A stretch of 60,070 bases of DNA, filler included, from Porpidia crustulata (lineage: Eukaryota): the NCBI GenBank assembly GCA_964255105.1. It is 6 parts of 6 records of this genome, joined end to end, with 100 filler letters (N's around TTAATTAATTAA, not from the genome) between each part and the next. Parts side by side here need not be neighbours in the genome. Positions count along the whole stretch, not along the records: positions 30,100 to 40,028 come from CAXUWE010000864.1; positions 40,129 to 50,051 come from CAXUWE010000865.1; 4 more parts are not named here. One strand, written 5' to 3'. Positions 36,299 to 48,238 of this stretch are shown in pieces. A model generated the notes under the pieces. That model had not been told where the DNA came from. It did no database searches and saw only the letters and a program-made list of their open reading frames with translations. Position 1 is the stretch's first letter. Every line of letters begins with the position of its first letter. A program made the position numbers and the translations under genes.

Positions 36299-39200
36299 AT
36301 GGCTGGATCAGCCAGATTGCCCCAATCTGCACCGGCAGCCACCCCACCGTTACTTAAAAAGTCAACATCTGGCTCTCAGTCCAGTAAAGACCAGAAGTCC
36401 ATTCTCGGATTCTTCCAGAAGAAAGCAAGTGAAGTTCCCAAGACAGCCAGCACAGCCCAATCGAAGGCCAATGGTACGGCGTTACCGCTCAATAGATCTC
36501 GGAGAACGACGTTACCAAAGCCTCCTCTAAGAGGATCAAGCTCTAGCTTAACACCAGCACCAAGCAGTGATGCATTAGAAGAACCAGATGAATTCTCAAT
36601 CGGCGTAGACGATCTAGTGGCTGCAGACGATTTTACTGGACTGCCATCACCTATCACTCCTGCCATTTCCGCAATCAACGTCGGTACACTTAAGGAAGAA
36701 GATGTATCTTCGAGCTTCAATAGCCCATCTAGGAAGGTCTGTGCTTTAGCCTTTTCGTCCAGGATTCGTCTCCTAATCTTGAGTTCAGGCGAAGAAGGTG
36801 GTGAACTATGCCGAGTCGGATGCCGAAGATGACAACAAGGAGGAAGATATCTTCAAGCCCGTTCCGCCTAGTAAAACCAGAGGTAGAGCCTTGAAGAGAC
36901 GCAAGACGAGTGAGGCAAGCGATGAAGAGGAGTTCAGTCAGAAGATTAACGCAGACGAGGTTGTGGACGAGGGTAATTCTGTCAGATCCTACCTGTTGAC
37001 AATTTACTGATAATCACTTTATTGACAGATGACTTTATTGTACCGGATGATTCAGATGAGGATATTGCACCAACGAGAAAGAGAAAACGGCCTTCAACAT
37101 CTATTTCAAAGGGTCACCAAGCCGAGCCCATTGTTCCTTTGGATATTGAAGGTGATCTGGAGATGCCAGAAATACCAACCGTCTCTACAACCAAACAATG
37201 GTCTTTCGACCCGAACAATACGCAGCCATTGCAACCTCGGCCGGTCAATGTAGCTCCGAAGAAATCTAATCCTCCTGACAAGAAGTGGAAAGAAAAAGCT
37301 CATCACACCGAACCTGACCAGCGGTACCCGTGGCTTGCCAAGATCATGGACATTGATAGGAATCCTCCGGGTCATCCGGACTATGATCCAAGGACAGTCT
37401 ATATACCTCCCCTCGCGTGGTCAAAGTTCTCGGCGTTCGAAAAGCAGTATTGGGAGATCAAGCAAAAGTTCTGGGACACCATCGTTTTCTTCAAAAAAGG
37501 CAAATTCTACGAATTATACGAGAACGACGCGACCATCGGCCATCAGCTCTTCGATCTTAAGCTTACCGACCGAGTCAATATGCGGATGGTCGGAGTGCCT
37601 GAGATGAGTCTCGGTCATTGGGCAAATCAGTTCGTCGCCAAGGGCTACAAGATTGCCCGCGTAGACCAAATGGAGTCGGCTTTGGGAAAGGAGATGCGAG
37701 AACGTGATGGCGAGAAGAGCAGAAAAGTTGTCAAGGAGGAGAAGATCATTCGCAGAGAACTTGCCTGTGTACTTACCAGTGGAACTTTGGTCGAAGGAGG
37801 TATGCTGCAAGACGACATGTCCACCTACTGCGTAGCTATCAAGGAGTCTGAAGTGGAAGGACTACCAGCCTTTGGCATCTCTTTCGTAGACACAGCCACT
37901 GGTCAATTCTTCCTCACAGACTTCGTTGACGACCTCGAGATGACGAAATTTGAGACCTTTATCGCCCAAACGAGACCGCAAGAGTTGCTACTCGAGAAGT
38001 CATGTGTATCCACTGGAGCTATGAGAATACTCAAGAATAATACTGGGCCGACTACTTTATGGAACCATCTCAAGCCTGGCAAGGAGTTTTGGACAGCTGA
38101 CGTTACATGCCGCGAAATTGATGCCAGCGGCTATTTTGTTGCAGATGGTCGTCCCAGTGCAGAAGCATGGCCCGATGTTCTTCGAGATTTTAGGGAGAAA
38201 GACCTCCTGATATCTGCCTTTGGGGCTCTTGTGCAGTACCTGAGGACCTTGAAGATTGAGCGTGAGCTTTTGACTCTGGGTAACATTTCTTGGTATGATC
38301 CAATCAAGAAGGCCAGCAGCCTTGTCCTAGACGGGAAGACTTTGATCAATCTTGAGATCTTTGCCAATTCCGCCGATGGTGGTACAGATGGGACACTGTT
38401 CACACTATTGAATCGCTGTATAACGCCGTTTGGCAAGCGTTTGCTGAAGCAATGGGTGTGCCATCCCTTGATGAATGCTGTAAAGATCAATGATCGACTC
38501 GACGCTGTCGAATCACTAAATGCCGACACTACTGTTCGAGATCGCTTTACGTCTCAACTGGTGAAACTACCAGATTTGGAGAGACTGATCTCGCGTATAC
38601 ACGCTGGAAGTTGCAGAGCGCAAGACTTTGCCAAAGTATTGGATGCCTTTGAACAGATAGATTATACAATGAGCCTTGTAAAAGGCGTAGGTTCTGGTGA
38701 GGGCGTCATCGGTCAATTGATATCTGCCATGCCAGACCTTAAAGAGATGCTAGAGCACTGGAAGGCCGCTTTCGATCGCACCAAAGCGAAAGAAGACGGC
38801 CTCCTTATCCCGGAACGTGGCGTTGAGGAAGACTTCGACGCCAGCCAAGATCGAATTGAGCAAGTGCTAGCAGATCTTGATGTACTCCTGAACAAAACTC
38901 GAAAGGACTTAGGGTGCAGCACAGTTATGTACCGTGACAATGGTAAAGAAATATACCAGCTTGAAGTGCCCATCAAAGTCAAGGGTATCCCGAAAACCTG
39001 GGATCAGATGTCGGCAACCCAGAAGGTCAAGCGTTATTACAGCCCTGAGCTTCGATCCTTGGTTAGGCAATTACAGGAGGCTCGGGAAACCCATGCCCAG
39101 ATTGTCAAGGAAGTTGCCGGACGGTTCTTTGCACGCTTTGATCAGGACTATGCCATATGGCTGGCAGCGGTACGGATCATTGCTCATCTAGACTGCTTGA

Positions 39201-40028
39201 TCTGTCTAGCCAAGGCCTCCTCGACGATGGGTGAACCCAGCTGCAGACCGGAATTTATAGACGATGAAAGGACCATTGTAGAATTTGAAGACCTCAGACA
39301 TCCGTGTATGCTCTCTAACGTCACGGACTTCATCCCCAACGACGTAAAGCTAGGAGGCGATACCCCCAACATCAGCCTCCTGACAGGCGCCAACGCCGCT
39401 GGTAAATCGACTATTCTCCGAATGGTGAGCTTCCGACCTCCCCGCCCAAGCATTGTTGATTGACTATAAACTAATAATTCCCGCACAGACCTGCATCGCC
39501 ACCATTCTCGCCCAAATTGGCTGCCACGTCCCCGCCCGCTCCGGTCGCCTCACCCCAATCGACCGCATCATGTCCCGCCTCGGGGCCAACGACAACATCT
39601 TCGCCGCCCAGTCGACCTTCTTCGTCGAACTCGCCGAAACGAAAAAAATCCTCGCAGAAGCCACCCCCCGCTCGCTAGTCATCCTCGACGAACTCGGCCG
39701 CGGCACGAGCAGCTACGACGGCGTGGCGGTCGCGCAGGCGGTGTTGCATCACGTCGCCACGCACGTCGGCTGCGTCGGCTTCTTCGCCACGCACTACCAC
39801 TCTCTGGCCGAAGAATTCGCGCACCACCCCGAGGTCCGGAACCGGCGCATGCGGATCCACGTCGACGGGGCCCGGCGCCGCGTCACCTTTCTCTTCAAGC
39901 TCGAGGACGGCGTCGCCGAGGGTTCGTTCGGCATGCACTGCGCGGCCATGTGCGGGATCTCCGATCGGATCGTCGCGAGGGCGGAGGAGGCGGCGCGGGC
40001 GTGGGAGCATACGAGTCGGTTAAAGGAG
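36299..40028 (+). CDS. MSH6: DNA mismatch repair protein Msh6, 3' truncated by contig edge
   Basis: PIP-box QKSILGFF, FFKKGKFYELYE, TPFGKR, Walker A TGANAAGKST, STFFVEL, ILDELGRGTS, FATHY. Confidence 0.95.
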
Positions 40029-40128
40029 NNNNNNNNNNNNNNNNNNNNNNNNNNNNNNNNNNNNNNNNNNNNTTAATTAATTAANNNNNNNNNNNNNNNN
40101 NNNNNNNNNNNNNNNNNNNNNNNNNNNN
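40029..40128. other. Artificial contig-joining spacer
   Basis: N44-TTAATTAATTAA-N44. Confidence 0.98.
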
Positions 40129-40823
40129 GGTATTATTGGGTTAATGGGGGTGTATTGGGCTGGATGCGGCCTGAAGGTTTTGTGAGAGGGAGAGAGGGGA
40201 CGTTTGATGGATACTAGGGGGTATTGAAGCTCGTGGATAGGGTTGATTGGGATCTTAAAGGGATGGGATCGTAAAGATCAAATATCATGGAGCTTCTAGT
40301 TGCCGAGGGATGCATCGACGCTAGAAGACAGACTCAATCGAGAGCGCAAATCTTGGTCTTGAGGTTGGAGGATTGGACACGGTTAGGCTTTTCTTAATTC
40401 GTGCGTTGATATCTTTTTGTTGCCTTTGGAGTATGTGGTATTTTGACAGACAAGTGGGATGATTAGCTTGGATGAGTTTTATGTTCACGGATTGACTGAG
40501 GTTGTTATTAGATATACTGTTTTTATGTCTTGGTTTTGTGGATGAGATTAGTTGATTCTATCGATTTGATTTAGACTAGGTAGATGTAATTGTGAGTGAA
40601 ATTTCTCGGGACGCTCTGATGATTACGATGTTGATGGAAGATGTTTATTGGGTTCCCTTCGGAGGGTTAAGACTTGGATGGTTTTGGGCTGCGCTGTTGA
40701 TCAATGAGTTCGGATGGCCGCGAGGTTGGAATTTTTCGACTCGGTCGCTGTCCTTCGACCCATCAAAGAAATCGAATTTTGCAAAGCTGGGCGCTCGAGG
40801 TCCGCAGAAGCCATTTTTCCGTT

Positions 40824-41632
40824 TCATATCGTCGGAAACTCAGTACACCGCGCTTGCACAGCTAAACCCAACATCAGCCGCTTCCACACCACAAAATCGC
40901 GCGGAGCACTAGCTGACCGCAAGCATAAAGCGCAAAATTGCTCGGATTTCTCAACGACGCCGCGGCGTCCAGCTCCACCGCGGCTTGCGGATCGTACGCC
41001 TCGCCCACCACAATGGTGTCGGGCATATATACATGCGTCAGCTCATGCACCAGTATCCCATACTGATTCGACCCTATATCCGGGACCTCGTGTGTAAACT
41101 GGTTGTTCACGACGTGGGGGCAGCTGTTGGCAGATGGCACGGCGTGGATCTGCCAGAAAGCCGGGCAGATGACGACGGTCTCGTCGGCGGCGGCCGCGAG
41201 GGCGTTGCGCCCGTCGGTGCAGATGCTGTCGTAGAAAGGCTTCGTGTGGGCGTGGCCATCATTGAGGCAGGCGAAGGTGGGTTGGAGGGCTTCGGGTGGG
41301 TGATTGGGACCGGAAGGGAAGACGCGGACGTTGGAGCCGTTGGCGATGTTTTGGAAGACTTCGCGGACGGCGTTCTGGCTGGAGTTGGTCTTGAAGAAGG
41401 AGGCGAAGCCATACGTGGAGGTGGTGCCGTGGTCAACGTCGAGGATGGCGTTAGCGATGAAATGTCTCGTTGCGGTGATTAAGATTTGCAGGCGAGCGAT
41501 ATGAGAGTGGGTGCAGTGGAGGATCCTGTAGTTGCCGCTGTAGGTAGGTTCATTGACCAAAGGAGTGGCCTGGATGCCGTCAATGGCGCTCGCGAGACTA
41601 TAATAGAATGCCAGGAATGGTAGAGATCTCAT
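40824..41632 (-). CDS. Secreted zinc metalloprotease-like protein (M35/aspzincin-like)
   Basis: Signal peptide MRSLPFLAFYYSLASA, VVICPAFW, HELTH (HEXXH), SLRNPSNFALYA. Intron 40862-40917 gives the C-terminus AVQARCTEFPTI*. Confidence 0.75.
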
Positions 41633-43626
41633 AGCGATGAAGATGCGTTTGGAGGTAAAGTACCTTATCTCTGAGTGTGTGTGTTTAGTAGAGACATGGT
41701 CAAGGAACGATATAAAGGACGTCCCAAAATTCTGTAAAGTCTAGAGTAGAAAGTCCAGCATAGATCGGTCAGATCCCCAGCACGTTTCTGATATTCATCA
41801 TCACAAGCCCTGATTAGATAATGCCCTCGTTGCGCGCAAAAAAGATCGGAGCGTAAACGTGGGAATTCTTCGATGCGCATGCGGGAACCAAAGGAGCGGG
41901 ACTGCACTACTACCCAGCCACGGAAAATTAGAGATAAGCCAGCTGCTTCTGAAGTCGTTCGTAGTCGATGAAAATCGGGACCAGACACGGTTGGTGAGGA
42001 AGAGATTCTTTTTACACTAGGGATTAACGGAATTTCCGAGCCATGCACTGCTTGTCTACAAGCTGCAACGGAGCGACGACGATTCGTGTTTTGATTCTTC
42101 ATCAGGTAGAAGCTAGCTAAAGAGAAGAAAGGCAGAGTCCTGCGGCGAAGATTTGTAATCATGACTGGTCTTCAGTAGATCGAGCGCACGAAGAACTTGG
42201 AAACTGATGGGAGAAGAATTTCTTGTAGAAGAGGACAGGATGAGTATTAGCAACATCAGAACTCGATCTTGCACAATGAGAGCCATGGCTGCTTCATTGC
42301 TTTCAATAATACCAGTCAAGCCCTGCTTCAAGCTTTGGAGACCGAAGTGCCCATCGCATATATTGCTGTCTCGCTCATAGTCTTTCAAGGCACAATGTGA
42401 TAGTGATAAGCGTTTAATAAGGAGATCTCCAAAAAAGAGCTCCGAGCAGGTAAGAAGCGTCTTAGTATGAGAATGGCTTAAGATCGAGATGAGGATGCCG
42501 CCGAAGGGGGGGCTACAAAGAAAACCGCGTGGGACGGATAACCTGATTCAAAATGTGTTTTTGGAGAATTGAAACGGGCTTGAAATGGAAACTGAGAAGA
42601 CGGCTTAGACTGATTTGGTTTTCTTCGATGCGTTCGTTATCCACTGGCGCGCCAGCGGCTTCATCGGGGTTCGCGCTCTGCACTTCACCCACCGGTATCT
42701 CTTCCTTCAAATTTCACCAGTGAGTGAGTTCCATATTTTTGCCTCAATCTTGCACATTTCTGGAGCCTCTTCTGTTGCTCAATAGGTACATGGCTGGACG
42801 TTCTGACGATCAGTACTTCTAATAAGGAGCATGAAAGAAGATTCGCAATTCTTGGTTCAGGGTTTGGTGACTTCACTTGTGATGTTGAGGCTCATAGTAT
42901 AAGGTACTGTAGACGAGGTGATCGATTCTCGAATTGTCGATTGAAGGGAAACATCATATAATGTTCGTTTTGATGTTTTCTATGAAAGAGTTCCTTAAGA
43001 TTGATGGATTACCCTACTACTTCAGTGCAACACACCCTTCAACCAAACCCCTCCTCCGGTCACGCCCACTTGAGATTGATGCTGTAACCCTAACCCTTGG
43101 TCATTTGGCGGTGTGGGGCATGGGCTGATGTATCCAGCTTGCTTACAAAGGGACTGGCATGGAGATTGGTGAGAAAAGCTGGGGCCATCCACTTTACAAA
43201 GAACAAACGACATGTGAGATATTCTAAGAATTATAATCTCTTCATCTCGTTTCATCTTAGGTCCCAAATACAATCGTGGTTAAGAAGGGGTAAGAACTTC
43301 TTATTCCTGCGCTATTGAGACATTCCGTCGCGAAGAATTGGCAGCTCTGAATTTGGATATCATTTTGATATCTTCAACACGGCTTTGTAGCTTGAGATAC
43401 CTTTGTCGGTTATCTCACGGTCGATCTGCGAACTTTTGAAAGTTTGCCTTGGGCTCGAGATTCTATTTTCGTCGCTGGAATCATATGTAGTCGTCAAACC
43501 AAATCCTCCTTGAGAGGGTTGGGCTAGGTCGGATGACTCACGCTTCGCCCAATCCAACGGCTCAATTAGTACGAAGCACCCCTGAAAGACCAGTAACCAT
43601 GTATGCAACGGTCCTAAACCTCTTGT

Positions 43627-45080
43627 CTAGCTCTCTACCTCGATGAGACTCTCCGTACCTTGCTCATACGTCCATATCATTGTGATTCTCAGCCCTACGC
43701 TTTCAAAGAGTCCACGCCAATCCCGTTCTGTACGCTCCCGTACCGACCCCAAACTCATCATCAGCCAATCTATACTCGTGATGGACCACGAGGCTCCGAT
43801 ATTTGGAATAACAAGCTCATTAACGAGGACTTTGGAGTAACCCTTTTCCGTTGCAGAGACCAGTGGTCTCAGAATCTTGCTGCATGTTTCATCGTCCCAG
43901 TCGTGTAGAACGGAGCGGAGGTAGTATGCTTTTGCACCTACAAACAGGGGACTGTCAGTAACCTCCGATGATTTGGTATGCTAAGTGCTTCGGATAGTTG
44001 AGATATTACCTTTGATCGGCTGGGCAGTAAAAAAGTCGTGCACGGTAGCCTCGACCCCAGAGCTTGAAGCTGCAATTTGACTTACAACCTCCTGCCGCTC
44101 CTGCAGAATCAAGCGGCCCGGGAGATGTGGATGCTTGACTTTTAATTCTTCGAGATCGTGCCCCATACCCCCTCCTACGTCGACCAGGAGAACCGCATTG
44201 GAATCTACATCGGCCTCGAGATCTTTCCCGAGCCGATCCACTACAGGGTAGAAGTCCGCCCAGCTTTGCTTGCCCTGGCGATACCCTGCCATATAATTGT
44301 TGAAGCACTCTAGTAGTGGAGGGTTCTCACTCAGATATACCCAGAAAGGAACATTGGTACTATGACCATACTGGAAAGGGCCATCAGCAATATCATGTGG
44401 GTTCTTGTAACCGGTCGTCTTGAGAAATTCAGACGTTCTATTGAATGAAGGGCCAGCGACTTTGTTTTTGTAAAATTGTCAGATATATCTTAGTTATGCA
44501 TCCTAGTCCAAGGAAAGGAACTCACAGATACGTGATTCCATCTCTGAATCTTGGCTGCACGAGAGAAGTAGAAAGTGAATTCGCACAATAAGAATCCGCA
44601 CCGTGTTCTGCGATGACATTCATAGCAGTTAGATGTTTCATAGTCCTTGCTATGTGTAGAATGTAATGTTCATTCATCTTAAAAAATTCTTGAGTGGTTG
44701 CTCGGTCACCTCGGACCTACCTAGCCGGGCGCTTCCCGCGCGGGTCTTCTTGGCAAGGTCGACAACGCTGACTACTTGGTCGCCATTCTCCGCCAAAATT
44801 TCGAATATGTGTAGATCTACCGCCACTTGTAAAGCAGCACATTTCGCGGGCTGTCAAAGGTGCTTATCAGCAATTTAGGTGCTAGAGCGGGAATTAGGCA
44901 TCGGTGCTGTACCTCTGCCCATCCGGTCCTCTGTATAAATTCGTTAGGTGTTTCCAACGCAGCCGCCAATTTATATGCCAGAGCCACCAGTTCTTCCCTG
45001 GATCCAGGTGTCTGTTGAGCGAAAGAGCTACCGACAAATGAGATGGAGGAAAGGAGAGAGGAGACATTGTAAGAAGCCAT
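43627..45080 (-). CDS. SAM-dependent O-methyltransferase (Methyltransf_2, fungal secondary-metabolite type); possibly pseudogenised
   Basis: LVDVGGGMGHDL, HDFFTAQPIKG|AKAYYLRSVLHDW, VRERTERDW, ending ESLIEVES*. Five exons. The intron 3 acceptor reads CAA rather than CAG (~44468). Confidence 0.85.
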
Positions 45081-45600
45081 TCTATACGGACAACTTCGAT
45101 GGACGTTGAATAGCAATCAAGGACCGAGGTCAAAGTGAGAGCAACTTTTGAAGACTTAGACGATGAGAATTGTAAGACGTTGGTGTTAGTCCAACGTGAT
45201 CTTTAACTCAAAGGCAGTACATTTTATGCCTGCACTAGATCATGAAAAGGATGGAGTATTCGCCTTATTTCACAACCAAAAACCAACTCACACGTTCGCC
45301 GCTGTCGGTAATGGTATTGTCACCGAGTCCAAACACATTTGCAGTCCGCGCATTTGAAATATCGAGGTTACACAGTCGCGCTAACATGCTTCAGGCTACA
45401 ACCTGACATACTCCAATTGAATTGCTGACTTTGGACGGTTGCGAACCAGGCAACATATCACATTTTGAGCCTTTGCCTGTGACGTCAAATTGACAAAGAC
45501 AAGGAGTTGAGTAGTAGGATTTGCGGTGCAGCCTATAATCTTGCATAGATACGCCAATCACGCTGCCGTGCGAGGAAAGGGTGTAGGAACTCTTGAAAGG

Positions 45601-45999
45601 GTGGCAAACCGAATCGTTGACTAGTTATTGATACACTGATTCGAATGCGCTAGGTCCACAATGATCAAAGTAATCGAAACAGTATCGAAGCAGTGTGACA
45701 CGAAATAATCTTGAAACTGCAGTGATCTTGTTTAGTTTCAGTCGATATGTCACTCTCTGCTCAGCTCTTCATCACGCTTACTTCATTTTCTTAGATCGAT
45801 TGACTGTGATTTTCCTTGTTGCAAAATATCGTACTTTTTTACTCTCGAAATTAATTGATCTCTCAGCAAAATTGTAAAAAGCTGACAAGCAATGAAAATT
45901 TTCATGAGCTAAGACATATTTAACAAGCTTTACAGCTATAAAGCTATGGATTATGCCGCAAGTCTAGAAACACACCCGATGTTTGCTTGTTCATTGTGT
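45601..45999 (+). repeat. Diverged direct repeat, copy 1 (upstream of SDR)
   Basis: Shares colinear blocks with 48239-48677: TTATTGATAC, ACAGTATCGAAG, GATTGACTGTGATTT, CAGCAAAATTGTAAAA, TTCATGAGCTAAGA and AGCTATAAAGCTAYGGATTATGCCGCAAGTCTA..GATGTTTGCTTGTTCATTGTGT. Confidence 0.85.
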
Positions 46000-46039
46000 C
46001 TCGGTGTCATCCGGAAGCGCGCATGTGCGAACACGTAAA

Positions 46040-46277
46040 CACGCGGGTTAAAATAAAACGGGACCGCAAATTAATCTCCCACCCATCGAATTCACTACTG
46101 CAATTCTGGAGTCATTCGTTCACAGATTTCAATTGCACTTCAAGCTTGAACGTTAGTAGATATACCGTAATGTGTAAAACTCAGTCTTACGTTGTTGTGA
46201 TTGAAAATGCAGTGATATACTTGATGATTTGGGTGAGGGATCGATTTTGCGGTCCCGTTTTATTTTTGACCCGCGTG
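46040..46277. mobile_element. MITE-like element with ~30-45 bp imperfect terminal inverted repeats
   Basis: Left CACGCGGGTTAAAATAAAACGGGACCGCAAA; right TTTGCGGTCCCGTTTTATTTTTGACCCGCGTG. AT-rich non-coding interior. No clear target-site duplication. Confidence 0.7.
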
Positions 46278-46399
46278 CCAAGTACGCACGCAGAAACTTG
46301 TGCTAGCAAGCTTACGTGTCCTTTGGCAATCGTACGTCTGCATCCTGACAGGTTGATTGAGCAAGACGTGCTTCTCATCTGAGATTGCTGAATGCCATC

Positions 46400-47392
46400 A
46401 TGGGTGCAACATGGTCACAGATGCGCCCACCTGCTCCTCAATTCTCAGAGCAGGACGTACCATCGCTCGACGGCAAGGTCATCATCGTCACGGGCGGCAA
46501 TGCGGGCGTTGGGTTCGAGCTTGTCAAGATGCTCTATCCCAAAGGTAGCTGCACCATCTACATTGCCAGCCGTTCGACAGAGAGGATCGCTGCCGCGATC
46601 GAGGAGATCAAGGTGAGCGCTCCCGCGCCTCCGCAAGGCAAACCAACGCAGCTCAAAAGCCTCCGCCTGGACTTGAATGATCTCACCACCGTCGCCGAGA
46701 GCGCCAAAGAATTCCTTGCCCAGGAATCGCGTCTCGATATCCTCTGGAACAACGCCGGCATCGCCCAAGCTCCCATTGGCAGCACAACCAAGCAAGGCTA
46801 CGAAGCGCATATGGGCGTCAACTGTCTCGGCCCCTACCTGTTCACGAAACTCCTCACGCCCCTCATCGTCAAGACCGCTCAAAATGCGCCTCCGAATAGC
46901 GTGCGTGTCATCTGGACCTCATCACAGATCATTGAAAGCAACGGTCCGCCTGGCGGCGTCTCGTTTGAAGAGCAGCAACCTGGCAAGCATCCCGCGGACA
47001 AGGACCGGAGTTATGCGGCCTCAAAGGCCGGGAACTGGTTCCTCGCGTCAGAGCTCGACAAGCGTGTACGCAATGATGGCGTGGTGTCGATCACACAGAA
47101 TCCGGGCATCCTATACACCAAGATCTGGGATCCTGTGCCTGGCTGGATGAAATTTCTCCTATCACCCTTCCTTCATGAACCGAAGATGGGCGCATACACC
47201 GAGCTCTGGGCGGGTTTGGCCCCGCAAATCACCCATGCCGATGGTGGAAGATATGTTATCCCTTGGGGTCGTTGGCACTCGGCGCCGAAGCCCCAACTTC
47301 TGGGTAGCATGAAGGCGAAGGAAGAGGGCGGTACAGGTCTGGCAGCAGAGTTCTGGGAATGGTGCGACGAGCAGACAAAGCAGTATACGTGA
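46400..47392 (+). CDS. Short-chain dehydrogenase/reductase (retinol-DH/WWOX-like)
   Basis: TGGNAGVG, NNAG and catalytic YAASK. Intronless. N-terminus MGATWSQ. Confidence 0.92.
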   Translation: MGATWSQMRPPAPQFSEQDVPSLDGKVIIVTGGNAGVGFELVKMLYPKGSCTIYIASRSTERIAAAIEEIKVSAPAPPQGKPTQLKSLRLDLNDLTTVAESAKEFLAQESRLDILWNNAGIAQAPIGSTTKQGYEAHMGVNCLGPYLFTKLLTPLIVKTAQNAPPNSVRVIWTSSQIIESNGPPGGVSFEEQQPGKHPADKDRSYAASKAGNWFLASELDKRVRNDGVVSITQNPGILYTKIWDPVPGWMKFLLSPFLHEPKMGAYTELWAGLAPQITHADGGRYVIPWGRWHSAPKPQLLGSMKAKEEGGTGLAAEFWEWCDEQTKQYT

Positions 47393-47667
47393 TGTATGTA
47401 GAATTCACGATTGGATCCGAGCTGCCGCTGCATTGTATGGGACATCTGGCAGCGGTCTTGGCAGAGCGAGGCGATAGAGTAAACATAGAGTCATCAGTGC
47501 CTACGCCAATGACAGCCCATAATTCTAGACTTGTACGCGCCTCAGACATGTTGGACTTTTTAAAAGTGCGTAGGGGGAGCAAGGCTACCTACAAATGGGA
47601 CAATGATTGAACTTGGTAAGACAGTGCAAATTGCGAAGATTGGTTCTGTACAGGATGACGCTTGCTA

Positions 47668-47769
47668 CTCGTTTCCACCCCTCATCGGACCACTACTCAT
47701 AGGGTTAGGGCTGTAATATTTTTGGGCCCTAACCCTATGAGTAGTGGTCCGATGAGGGGTGGAAACGAG
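47668..47769. mobile_element. 102-bp Tc1/mariner-type MITE (perfect 44-bp TIRs, TA on both flanks)
   Basis: TA|CTCGTTTCCACCCCTCATCGGACCACTACTCATAGGGTTAGGGC, a 14-nt spacer, then the exact reverse complement|TA. Confidence 0.85.
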
Positions 47770-48238
47770 TATAACAATGAAGTCAACAAGCCATTGATTT
47801 GCCATGCGATCGTGTTTTATAAATCATAGATTACAATCCGTTCAACCTTCCAGCCCAGGAGAAATTCGAACACGTACAGTAGGTACCTTCCTCATCACTG
47901 GCCTTTTATACGAGCTAAGAATCCCTCCTTCCTTCATGTGACGTCAAGTACTTCGCGTGAGGCGTGTTCGGAACCGCAACAGAGTATTCGGCATGAACGT
48001 ATTCCCCGCGAATTATCGAATCGAGATAATTATCTTCTTGCATGCAGAGCGACAGAAGTTTTCGAAGTTTCGGCGCTGCTGGACAGCCTCGATTCCGACG
48101 ACTATCAAAAGCGTAGGAATAGAAAGTTCTTATCACTTCTTAACCACGATTGTTCTTGGGACACAAGTGGGAAGGAGAAGGAGAGAGAGAGAGAATCGAC
48201 TGTGATTTTCACGACAACTCCTGTTCCTTATGAAGTGG

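Noticed and set aside
42000..43560. Possible decayed gene between the protease and the OMT
   Set aside because: Only short ORFs without motifs; cannot be supported without a translated search.
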